Below are positions 25,617-39,171 of a stretch of 64,000 bases of DNA, in pieces. Positions within the stretch are counted from its first letter, which is position 1; the number at the start of each line of letters is the position of its first letter. The translations under genes and the position numbers were made by a program. The DNA comes from Octopus sinensis. Its lineage: Eukaryota. The stretch is from contig NW_021832866.1 in NCBI RefSeq assembly GCF_006345805.1, positions 1 through 64,000 of the forward strand, read 5' to 3'. Under the pieces are notes generated by a model. It saw only the letters and a list, made by a program, of their open reading frames with translations. It did not search any database and was not told the origin of the DNA.

Positions 25617-28600
25617 TATATATAGATTGAGGAAAAAATTTGTGCATCGTGTTTTGAAGAATAGTTGTTGTTTTTGAATAAATTCTTGCATAAAAAATCT
25701 TTATCTTAACCCAGCAGCACCCGAACTTTCTCCTCAGCCTAGTATGTATACGGTGTTTAGTGCACTGAGTGTGTACAGAACTTGGTGCATTGATGTATAT
25801 ATATATATAAATACATAGCCAAGTGCATCGGTGTAAATGCGTATACAGAATTACGTAGCAGATTGTGTATGGATAAGCTAAGCTATATGTGCCTGTGTAT
25901 GTATACAGAGATTGTTGCACTACTAGGTGTATATATTTACAGGTTACTACCTTCCTCTGTGTGTCTGTGTGTGTATGTGCGTGGTTGGTGCATTATGTGT
26001 GCATGCATGTGTGTGTATTCCCAGTTGGTGCATTATAAGTGTATGTGTGTGTGTATGTATATATACAGCATGGGCCAAAAGTTATGTGCCAAAACATTTG
26101 AAATTATTGTAATTATCATTCATATTGCTCCTTATGTACAAGTATGTGTGTATTCATCATTATTATAGTGGCGGCACATGGCTTAGTGGTTAGAGCAGCG
26201 GACTCGCGGTCGAGGGATCGTGGGTTTGAATCTCAGACTGGGCAATGTGTTTATGAGCGAAACACCTAAACTCCACGCGTCTCCGGCAGAAGGTAATGGT
26301 GAACTTCTGCTGACTCTTTTGCCACAACTCTCTCTCACTCTTTCCTCCTGCATCTTGCAGCTCACCTGCGACGGACTGGCATCCCATTCAGGTGGGGAAC
26401 CTATAAGCCAAGGAAACTGGGAAACCGGCCCTTATGAGCCAGATGTGGCTCGAGAAGGAATAAACATCATTATTTTATGTATTTTAATGCTTGTCTTTGA
26501 CAATTCCAGAGTGTATTTTAATCCTGGTGTGTGAGTTTTGCCCCACTCTACACACGTACACTCTGTTAGCCACTCTGTCAGTGATCACACTCATATGGTG
26601 CTCTTTGCACCCAGCTTGCACGGATGCCAGTCATCAAATTTGATAAACAAATATAAGTTCGAGACAAGTAGCAACCCCATCCATGCACACTAGAGGCACA
26701 TGTTAGAGGAGAGGTTGATAGAGGAGGTAAGTTGGTAGGTTAGCTAACCAGCATAATTGAAGGATGGACAGGTGTCAGTGTGGGAATTATGGCTGGTTTC
26801 ACTTGACCACCTGAGGAGGGAGTTGGGAGCATAGAGATAGCAACCAGCAATATAAAATGGTACAATAAAGCTTTTTAGGGGCCAACAGCACCATCCCATG
26901 ACCCGACTGCTACATTGGTCATCGACCAGTCTACTTGCCATATGCATGTGTGCACCCACACATGCATATACCCATGTATGCACAAGTGTATGCATGTATA
27001 CATACACACACACACATACACATATATATATATACACCTGCATTTGCACACACACATATATATACACCTGCATTTGCACACACACATACATAATCTTCAT
27101 GCAGATGCTCACACATCACCAGACATGTGTTTGTGTGTATATACAAGCACAAACAGGCGAGTATAAACACACGAATGTATACACTCACACACGCACACAC
27201 ACGTATATACATGTAGATAGATAGGCGTCCGTTGGTCTCGAAAGACCATGGATCCGTGCCTGGAGAATTTTGTGTCAGCTGTTGATGGCGGTGCAGTGTC
27301 TGCTGTCGGTGCACAAGCCCACATGGGAGTGACAGTCTTGCATTCAGAGACTGCATTCGAAGAATCTCTCTGCCAGCGTTACTGACTTTTTCTTTCTTCG
27401 ATATATGTATTTCTCGAAGAAATACATTTGTAAACACACACACATACCTACATATGTATATAGAGAGATACACATGCACATACAATCTACAGAATTAGTT
27501 GTAATGATGTTTATATTTACATGCCATCAGTGTGGTTTGCATAATGCGATGACCATCTGCTCCAGGTTTGTTTACTTTAATCAATATAAACACCTCTTCA
27601 TGGTGGTTGTTGGCTCATCATCATGTCCTCCTTGCTTTTGCCGGCTTCCTTTTATCACCAACCTGTGCAGTTGTTGTTGTAGTGTATGCATTGGCTATAC
27701 ACATCTTTTTATGGATTATATTATATGTGTGTGTGTGTGTGTGTGTTGGTACATCCTCATCTCTTTCAATAGACATATATGCTTACATATGGTAATAGCT
27801 TCGTATGAGCACATGTTCATGCAGAAGTATATTTGTATTGGAGTCTTTCTACATACATGCATAGTATGTGAGTGTACATGTGTATGCGTGTATGTGTGTG
27901 TATAATAAGCAGAGACAGAAAAATAAGCTCAATTCAATAGACACTCCCCACTCTCATCATCGCCCAATATCTGTCTCAATTTTCTCGTTATAAAATATTA
28001 AATAAATTTTACTGTTAATCAATATGTATAGTTTATATCTTTTGACTTCGTTATTATTGATAAACATCAAATGATAATGACATAATTAGCTACATTATTT
28101 TACATTAGCATCATCACCTATCCTGCTAGCACTAAGAGAGCAGAGGAATAACCTCTGAAACATATCTGTGGAGAGTGACCTGTGAATTAAATAGCAGATA
28201 ATCATTTAACCTTTTGGCATTTAAACCAACCATGTCAGACCCAAATATTCTTGCTGTTTTAAATTCAAAGTAGCCAGATCCAACCTCTTGCTCCTATCCT
28301 ACAATGTCATTCTAAAAACAGTCATATCATTGACCTCTTGAAGATATGAGATAATACATCATTAATTCAAACCAATGTGAATAAATAAACATTATATGCT
28401 GCAGTGTAATCTGAGTGCTAAAGGGTTAACAGGTAGGAACTGGTAACAGAGAGATAGCTCTTTCATTAAAAAATAATAATAATAATGAAATTATTGTATA
28501 CAGTGCTCAGGTGCACCACAGCTTGTCAAAAGTGTGTATAAAGCATATGCAGTAATGTACAAATGTCTGGGAAGTGAACAGTGTATGAGTCAGATACATG

Positions 28601-31281
28601 CTTGTGTGTGTATGGAGGGGAGAAAAATCAGGTGTTGGCGAATCTCAGGAAGCATGGAAGTTTTGAAGGATGCAGTGCTCCGACAACTAACACCTGATGC
28701 TGGCAGTAAGTAACAGTTACATGGTTTAAAGTCCCTTAAATGTGGAATCCCTGTTCTTTTTCTTTCTCTTAATGTTAATTGTGAACTCTGACTCATTTAT
28801 AATAAAATTATATGAACTGCTAAGCCTTCACCCTTTTCTGGCCCAATTGTTATACTTATTTTATGTTCGACATGATCAGATCCAACCTCTCACAATTTCC
28901 CTACAATATCATTCTAAAAACAAACAATCACATCTTTGAAAAGAATAAATATATGATTCAGATTCAGCTGGCTCCAGATCACAATATCTGGAACAGGCCT
29001 CTCTCCAAAGTTACAGCTCTCCACAGCATCACTTCTCCACGAGACAAATGTCCAGGACTTAACTTTATCGTAAATCCATTCTGCAGGTTCTAATACAGTC
29101 TGGTTCTTGATTCTATGCTATTTTGGCAACTCTCTTTACCAAAACAGTGCTAAACCTACTGATGTGATCTGTTGAGCCCCATGTGTGAGGCTGAGAGGGG
29201 AATTTTGGTATCTAGCCTCCCTACAATCTTCATACACCCAAGTTAGATTTATACCCTTTGAAAATTAGCTGAAGAAACTTCTATGAGGCAGGCTGCTTTG
29301 TCCCAATAATTCTAGATATTGTGGCCGAAATTCTAGTTGACCTCTCATTCAAGAACTAATTCATCTCTTGATATAGAAAAGTGAGATGAAAGCTAAAAGT
29401 TTGTGTGTAACTTATGTATGTGTGTATGTATACATAGCTATTTTATGAATTGTACATATAAAATTGGTAATGTATATTTAAATATTTTTGTGTCCACTAG
29501 ACACCAAAATAAGAAATTAGAGAGAGAAAAAGAGTCTCAGAGATGGACAGACACACAGATTGTATGTAGTTGTACATATAGCAGAATACCAGGAACTGTT
29601 TGCTGACCTCTTCTATTATTCTAGGGTCATATTCTGTCTTATCACCTCTACCATACGATCAAATATATTTCTGCTTTGATACAAGAGGCAGGAGAATAGT
29701 TTCCCTCTTTTGTTACCATTTTGATAGAATTTCTACTAATATTAATAACATTATGTGGATTGTGTTTCTTCCATTTCTTTGGTATTCGTGTCTGGTCCCA
29801 CCCTGTTCCCACCCTGTTCCCACCCTGCTCACACACTGTTGTATCATCTGAGTCTTTTAACACTCTTAACATGAATAAATATTTTGGTGTGAAAGGAAGT
29901 GCAATTTAGTTGGACAACAACACACGATGTCTATGGTGCTCCAGCATGGCCAGGGTACACACACACACATACATGTTTCTAAATATAAAGATCCCCTTCG
30001 GTCATGAATGACCATTGGAATGCTCCTAGAAAGTTACTCTCTGAGGCACAAGTTGGGTCAAGGTTGTTCATAGAAGACCTGCAGTCACCCATACATATCA
30101 GCTTCCACCTTTCCACACCACCAATGTTGTCCAAAGAAAAGGCAAAGAGCCAATACAGCTTGGAACCAGTAATGTCACAACTCAGTTCTACAACTGAGTT
30201 AATTGGAGCAACGTGAAATAAAGTGTCTTGCTCAAGAACACAACACACTGCCTGGTCCAGGAATTGAACTCACCACCTCATAATTGTGAGCCTGACACTC
30301 TAACCACTGTTAACCCTTTAGCATTTAACCGTCCGTACCTGGCCGAAATATTCTACCTGTTTTACTCCCAAACTCGCCATATCTGGCCTTTCACACCTAC
30401 CCTACAATGTCATTCTAAAAATATACAACCGCATCACCAAAATTCCAAAGTGATGAGACCATGTGTGATTAATTTCTAAACAATATGAATACATAAGGAT
30501 TACATTTGACAGATTAATTTGACTGCTAAAGGGTCAAAATATGTGTTTGTCCCCAACTCCCACTCTTTGTAAGCCTAATACATATCCTATCGGTCTCTTG
30601 TGCTGAACCGCTAAGTTACAAGGATGTAAACGCACCATTATTGGTTGTCAAGCGATGTTCGGGTGACAAACACAGACACACAAACACAGACACACAAACA
30701 TACACACACAAACATACACACACAAACATACACACATATATATGACAGGCTTCTTTCAGTTTCCATCTACCAAACCATTCACAAGGCTTTGGTCGGCCTG
30801 GGGCTATAGTAGAAGACTCTTGCTCAAGGTGCCAGGCTGTGGGACCAAACCCGGAACCACACAGCCACTCCAGTGGCTATTATTATTATCATTATTATTA
30901 TTATCATCATGTTTTTTCCTTCTTTCTTCAAATTTTCTTCTGTTTCTCGCCGAGTGTTTTCCATACACCTAGGGCAGAGAAGGGCATTGTTTGCATTCCC
31001 AGATTACACGCGCAAATTCACAGATAAAATATGTATTTAAAAATTAATAAATAAATAAATTCATGGATGGATGTTATTTTCACAGTGATAGTGCTCTTCT
31101 CAATACATGAGCCGTTCCAGTTAATACGATTTTTTGCACTTTCTGTAAGGATGGTAAGCCTGGAATCATTTTCAAATAGGTTTCAGTGCCTTTTTTTATC
31201 ATTCCTTATTATTATTATTATTATTATTATCATTATTATTATTATTTATTATCATTATTATCATTATTATTATTATTATTA

Positions 31282-31320
<39 letters not shown>

Positions 31321-31607
31321 TATTATTATCATTATTACCATTATTATTATTATTATTATTTATTATCATTATTACCATTATTATTATTATCATTATTATT
31401 ATTATCATTATCATCATCATCATTATTATTATTATTATTATTACTTTGGCGTTAGGAAGGGCATCCAGCCATAGAAACATTGCCAGATCAGACTGGGCCT
31501 GATGCAGCCTTCTGGCTTCACAGACCCCAGTTGAACCGTCCAACCCATGCTAGAATGGAAAGCGGACACTAAATGATGATGATGATGATGATTACTACTA
31601 TTATTAC

Positions 31608-31647
<40 letters not shown>

Positions 31648-34600
31648 TGTTTTCGTCTGTTCTCTCTGTCAACAATCATCCAAATACCAATTTGAACGTT
31701 AAAACTTGGGAAAATATTGGAAGAACTCTCTTGTTTGTGGTAATTATAGTTTAATTGAACTCAGATACAAATGCTATTCCTTTGATGGTCGTCGTGCTAG
31801 CAGAATGAAATAACTTTCGAGTTCCATTCTGGATTCAAAATCTTCAGAGATTTCCAGTTGGCAACATCACACATTTACACATGCAGTGTTAGTTCCCTGG
31901 TAGTTCTGCTGAAGTTGTTCTGCTTCTCTTGCGGGGGGAAATGTTCAAAGAATTTATGAGATGATTGCCGATGTACAACATGTTTCTCTTTAAACAGGTT
32001 CTGTTGCTTTCGATAAAGGTTAATGGAGTGGACAGTTGAAGAATTTAGAAGTTCGGTAATGTGTTAACATTATTGCCGGAGATAATAACTCCAGGTTCCT
32101 TCTAAAGAGGTTGGTTGATCTGATGCCAGTTGTAATGAGATTCTGTACATGGAATTTAGTGTATCCTGAAAATTTTGTTTCTTTAAATATTAAAAGAGTG
32201 AAAATAATGAATACTTTCACTTCAATTTAAAGATTTTAATCTGAGCAGAGACCAGGAATTTGCAGTGGGGGAAGATAATTGACTATATCAACCCCAATAT
32301 TTCAATGGTCCTTTATTATACAAACCCCTAGTATGTAATTGGTATTATAGGTGCAGGCATGGCTGTGTGGTAAGAAGTTTGCTTCTTTATCACATGGTTC
32401 CAGGTTCAGTCCTACTGCGTGGCACCTTCTAAAGGCTTGTGAGTGGATTTGGTATGTGGAAACTGAGAGAAGCTCATATAAATACCTATATATATATCTA
32501 TGTGTGTCTTTCTGCATTTATTCCACCCCATCACTGCTTGGCAACCAGTGTTGGTTTATTTACATCATTGTAAATAGTGTGTGTGTGTGTGTGTGTGGTA
32601 TCTGTATATGTGTTTGTCCCCCGCTCCCACATGACAACTGGTATGTTTATGTCAACCTAGCTTAACGGTTCAGCAAAATGATGGGGTCAATTTGTTTGAA
32701 TTAATCCTTCAAGGCAGTGCTCTAGCATGGCCACTGTCCAACGAATGAAACAAGTAAAAGATAAAAGGTACGCACACACACACAAACACAAATGTATATA
32801 CATAAACACACACACACACATGGGTTTACTGAAAATACAAGCTTGTTTGTTATTTTATATTTTGGAATGTGTGTTTGGATGTAATTCATGTGGGCTTCTG
32901 GTTTTCTACATCAATGGATATTGGTTTGCAAACTGTAACTGTAGTCATTTGCAAATGTTGTCCCTTGAGATATTTGTTCTGCATCACTTTACAGATTCTC
33001 CCTTCTACCAACTTACTACAAAAAGTGTTTTATTGCATAAGCACAGGCATAGCTGTGCATGTGTGGTTGTGTAGTAAGAAGTTTGCTTCTCAGCCACATG
33101 GTTCTGGGTTCAATCCCACTGCATGGCACCTAAGGCATGTATCTTCTACAATAGTCACAGGCTGACCAAAGCCTTGTGAGTGGACTTGGTTGATAGAAAA
33201 TGTAATAAGACCACCGTGTGTGTGTGTATGTGCGCACACACACGCATGCGTCTGTGTTTACATCCCCTCATCTTAGTAGTTTGGCAAAAGGGACATACAG
33301 AATAAGTACTGGACTTAAAATGATGAATACTGGGGGTCAATTATTCAAGGCTGTGCCCCAGCATGGCTGCAGTCTAATGTCTGAAACAAGGAAAAGATAA
33401 AAGATATATACAATAGACCCCATTTTATAAATCCATCTTGGGACTGCCTCTTTTGGATTTATTAAATGAGGGATTTTTTTAACAGAGGGAACAAAATTCG
33501 CCAAATGATTAAATAAGTGTATTTATTAAAATACAAACATATACAAATACACGAATAAAAACATTATAAACAATGTCATTCAATGAAGAATTTGTCGAGT
33601 GTTCTTTGCTTTGCTGGACATTTTGTCCACAACTCTGCATTGATTTTTCCTTAAGAGTTCTAAAAAGATTCATGTCATCATCATCATCATCGTTTAACGT
33701 CCGTTTTCCATGCTAGCATGGGTTGGACAATTCAACTGGGGTCTGGGAAGCCAGGAGGCTGCACCAGGCTCCAGTCTAATCTGGCAGTGTTTCTACAGCT
33801 GGATACCCTTCTTAACGCCAACCACTCCATGAATGTAGTGGGTGCTTTTTACGTGCCAGGGGAGGCTGGCAGCGGCCACGATTGGTTGGTGCTTTTTACG
33901 TGCCACCAACACAGAAGCCAGTCAAGGCGGAGCTGGCATCGACCATGTACAGATGGTGCTTTTTACGTGCCAATCAAAATTTTTAAGGCCACTTTCTAAT
34001 TGAGTTAGTGTCTCATTTCAGTTGGTGTTGGAGGTGCCAGAACTCTTTCATCAACATCAATGTCGGAATCATCATCTTCATCTCCTTTGGATTCCTTCTC
34101 AGGTTGCTGAATGTCATGAATGATCTCATCTAGTTTCTTCTTCTTCGGTGATGATCTCTGGGGCAACAAAAGCACCATCATTTATGGACAACCAGTTCTT
34201 AAATTGCTTTTTAGTCAATCCAGTTGGCATTGAAGGCAGGATCAAATCTTTGTTAACATCTATGACTTCATTTGATTTTTTGGCCAAAAACAAAACAAGC
34301 TTTGCTCCAACAATGTTTGATTGTCTGGCTAGAGACCTTCTTCCAAGCTATGCTTAGCATGTGCATGGTATCCAAAATGGTGACCCACTTTGCAACTTCT
34401 TTGGCAAAACTGTCACATCAGTGTCTTCCATAACATCAATGAGCTTCTTGAACATTTCATGTCTGAAGTAGGCTGTGAGATGAAGCAGCAGTTGTCCAAA
34501 TGGAAGAGGCCTTCATCTCCACTACTGAAGAAGGCATAAAAGAGCCGCACCTCAATCAAGCATGTTCTTCATTTTTTTCCAACATCTGCAGTATTTTGCA

Positions 34601-37600
34601 TTGAGAATTCCTCTTCCAGGGGCCAGATCATCAACCAAGAATTCTACTGCAACGTTTCGAAGCATTTGGGGGAGGACATTCGGTGGAAGTGACCGGATCT
34701 GTGGAGCACAAAGAATTAGATTCTTCATAGTGACAATGCACCATCACTGAGCTCTCCTCACTCATGAGTTTTTTATACCAAAATCAACATGGTATCACTT
34801 CCACACCCACCCTATTTGCCAGATTAGCACCTGCAGATTTCCATCTCTTCTGCAAAAAAAAAAAAATGATGCTCAAAGGTCACAGATGGTTCTCGACTCA
34901 CTTACAGAAAATGACTTCCAGGCCAGATTCCAAAAGTCGCAGGAATGCTGGGACTGGTGTAGTGATGCACAAGGTAACTATTTCAAAGGAGATGATGGTA
35001 AAACTTGGGTAATTTTCATTAAGCATAACTAGTCCAGGAACTTTTGGATGCTTGTATATAATGCTTGTGCATATACTTAATATATCATTATGTATGTTAC
35101 ATGTTTGTGTACATATTATTAGAATTGTTACTCTGTCAGTGGAATGGGCAAGAAAGGAGCTGGGTGTAATCAAGAGATAAGGTTTACATATTCTTTCACA
35201 TATTTGTGTGCCAAATATTTCTGGTTTTTGTTTAAAGTCCTTCATTTTTATCTCTTGCAGCTTTTGGTAATGCTAAGACGGCCAGGAATGATAATTCTTC
35301 CAGATTTGTAAGTTGGATTTTATATACATATATATATATTTAAAATTCTTTTGCTCTCTTTGTTTCTTAGATCAATTTTTATATATTTTATTAACAGTTG
35401 TGGTGGTGGTGGTGGTGGTTCTGGTGACAATAGCTGTTGTTATGTGGCATGGGCTACTTTAACTTTTTATCTGTCTACTATGCATGGCCGGGTGCAAAAC
35501 GGTCTCAATCATGGTTCTGTACCATTCTCCAGTCACTGTGACACCATTTCTGTCATCGTCCTCAAAGGAATAAAGACTGATAATTCCATCTTCTATCAAT
35601 CCACACCATACCATGCACCTTACAGGGGGCTGCAGTTCTCATTGGTGCTCTGTTCTTGGGTTCTCAGAACCCCCAAAATGGCATTTTTGTTTGTTGAAGA
35701 ATCCATTCAAATGAAAGCACATAAAATCTGAAAAGAGAGAGAAAAGATTAAATAATTAATTTCCATAATGTCCTTTATATTGTATCAAAATTTCGTGCAT
35801 TTATTTGTGAAGTGAAGGAAGTTATTCAAAATTGAAATCCATCAGTGACTTTTGGGACACCTCGTATAACCTTGACATTGTTGTACAGAAAGTCACAAAG
35901 AGCCCCACATACCCCTAGAAACATAGTTTAGCTATACCTGTATGATATTTAGAGGTCTTCACTTATTCAACTGCTTACCTAAAGAAATCAGAAATATAAA
36001 AGGAACCTCTACTGAGATTAATTCCTAATGGTGATACTGGACCAGCCAACCATTCAAGGATACACTCAGGGAAAATCAGCTGCTCCAAACTTGATTGTGG
36101 ACCAACTTCCAGCCACAAAACAACAAAAGAAAATAAATTATAGCAGTGCTCCAGCATGGCTGCAATCTTACAACTGAAACCATTAAAAGAATAAAGGGAA
36201 AAAAAGAATAAGTTAAAATCTTCCATCAAAATTTCACGTTAATTCATGTTCCAATCATCAACTTAATACTGGTTATACTCGATATTGCTCCAATCTGGCC
36301 AACCCCAAGGAAAAATAAACCAAGAGCATTACATTCCTGGGAAGAATTTTTTTTTTCTGTCCTTGTTTTTGTATACATTTGCTGCATTCTTCCAAGCTCA
36401 TTTTTCCTTGGGGCTGGCCAGATTGGAGCAATCTCGAGTAGAACCAACCGAAATTGCAAAGATAATCTGGAACTTGACTGAGGATAGAAAACTCCGAATG
36501 ATTCATCCTTGTTTTCCTTGTATCGTCTGTCTGGATATTTTTCTCCCCAGACACAATAGAATATGCTTCAACACATGAACTCATATAAAGAATCTTGCAA
36601 ACCAAATTTAAAAACGAAATAGTTTTTAAATATCAAATGGCTATGGGGGTCCACCAGAATAAAAGAATAACTAATGGGGTCCACAGATAAAAAAAATGGT
36701 TGAGAGCACCTATGTTAAAAGTAACTATAACACTGTAACAAAATTTTCATTTTTGTTTTGTCTTTGGTCAGTAAGTATTATTTCCTATTTGCTTCTATCA
36801 AAAAATCAAAGGAAATGGCTACTATTCCCTTGAAACTTTGCTTTGTGGTCTGGGCATCAATGTTTTGAAACTGATCTATTTTCCATTACATTTCAGACAG
36901 ATTCACTGCTGAATTGCTGAAGCAGAAATATCATTATAGCAAATATTCTGCTCAATACCAACAGATTTGCTTGGCACTTGCTTGACGTTAACCACTTGAG
37001 CATGTCCCTTGGTGGCTGACAATATGTGCATCTCTGAACGTGAGCAGGAGAGCATAATAGCCATGTGTTGAAAGGGGATTCTTTGGGGTTTGAATAAATG
37101 TAACAAAAGCAAAGTTTGAAGGAAATGTTGGCCATTTTTCTTACTTTCTAAGGGTAAGCAAATAAGAAATAACTGTTGCTACCCAAGCATAAAAAAAACA
37201 AAAAATCATTCTTTTGAGAAGCTATTTACTTCATTCACAATAACATGTCACCTTTATTGCATTCCATCAACATGTGGTTGTCTTCTGTGCTTCTGTAAAT
37301 GTTCTTGGTGTTAATGTTGTTGCTTTTATTTTTCAGGGGAAATATATGGACATAGAATTTGATTTCAAAGGTGACCCAATTGGTGGGGTCATAACAAATT
37401 GTAAGAATTTATAGTTTTTTTGTTTTGTTATTGATTTTGACTAAATAAAGAGTGACCGTATCTGTACGTACACACACACTGATACAAGCATATATACATA
37501 TATACACATACACAGATACACACACATAGTATATATGTGTGTATATATATATATATACATATAGATAGACTGATAGATATAAATACACACACACACATGC

Positions 37601-39133
37601 ATATGTATGTATGTATGTACACATGCTTAAATATATATACATATATATAAACACACATACACACACACATAAACACACACATACATTTTTGCCCCCATTT
37701 CTTCCTTTCTCTATCTGTTTTCTCCCCTTGTTCCTTTCTGTGGAAGAGCATAAACGCCAAAGACTTCCTTTTCTGCTGAGTGCCAAATTAATATATCCCG
37801 TTTGTTGTTCCCTTACTTGTCTTTGCCTTCTATATCATTTTAAACCTTATTCATATATATATATGCATATGTGTGTGTGTGTATGTGGAGGCGCAATGGT
37901 CCAGTGGTTAGGGCAGCGGACTCGCAGTTGTAGGATCGCTGTTTCAATTCCCAGACCGGGTGTTGTGAGTGTTTATTGAACAAAAAACACCTAAAGCTCC
38001 ACGAGGCTCCAGCAGGGGTTGGTGGTGATCCCTGCTGTACTCTTTCGCCACAACTTTCTCTCACTCTTTCTTCTGTTGGCCTGCTCGCTTAGCCAGCGGG
38101 GTGGCGTCCTCTGATGGTTAAAACAATGCGAAGCGCATTGTGACCAGCGATGTGTAGCAACATCTGATAACCTGGTAGGTCACGTGATCACGTGATATAT
38201 ATATACATACATACACACACACACACGGGTATGTTGGTGCAAACAGGAAAAATAGAACTGAATATATACATATGATTATATGCATATTTTTATTAAATAT
38301 TAATAAACCTATGTATAAGGTGCAGGAGTGGCTGTGTGGTAAGAAGCTTCCTTCCCAACCACATTGTTCTGGGTTCATTCCCACTGTGTGGCACTTTGAG
38401 AAAATGTCTTCTATTATAGCCTTGAACTATGGTGACAATATTACACAACTTAAAGAATAGTGAAACACAGGACATGAACACCACCGCCTGGCTACTTCGT
38501 TGTCTGTTACCTTTCACACCTGTACAACACCTGTTGACTCCTGAGACTAAATCTACAATAGACAGATTTATTTATCAGCTGATAGTCAGAGATTCTTCAG
38601 CTGTGACCTTCCTGTCTTTAAGTCCGACATAATGTATTCAAGACGACATAAGCCAATGTTCTTTCACTATGTTTAAAATGGTGGTGTGTGTTATTCGAGC
38701 GGCAATTAACTACTATTTGTAACACATCAATTTGGTGATCGTTATAATAATCAAAAACGATATAGGGGAAATAACTCTTATTAAAAAATTAACAGTTATT
38801 TCCCTTTAAAATCTTTTTTTTTTTCCTTTATAAATTTGGGATTTAGTGATATTCTTTGAGTGGCAGGCACTTAAACTGGGATGTCCACTCCTCTTTGACT
38901 TTGTATTTATTCTTTTGAAAGAAGCCCATTGTATGTTTGTGTCTGCCACGTGCATTGCTTGACAACTAACGTTGGCAATTTGATAAAAGACACCAGTGAA
39001 ATAAATTGCAGACTTAAAAATAAACTCTGGGAATTTTTTTGTTTGTTTTGTTCACTAAAACCTTTCAAGGTGGAGCCACAGTATGGCAGCAGTCTTCAGT
39101 CAAAGTCAAATGACTGAAACAAGTAAAAGAAAC

Positions 39134-39171
<38 letters not shown>

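Noticed and set aside
25195-25920. 241-aa ORF and the many similar YI/HT/CV-repeat ORFs
   Set aside because: These are stop-free frames of (TA)n, (TATG)n and (CA)n microsatellites.
26600-26900. Possible zinc-knuckle fragment of a restriction-like endonuclease retroelement (RCQCG)
   Set aside because: A single short motif among many stops; could be chance.
29270-29340. CTGAAGA...GAAA spaced like a hammerhead
   Set aside because: No stem II pairing and no stem I/III.
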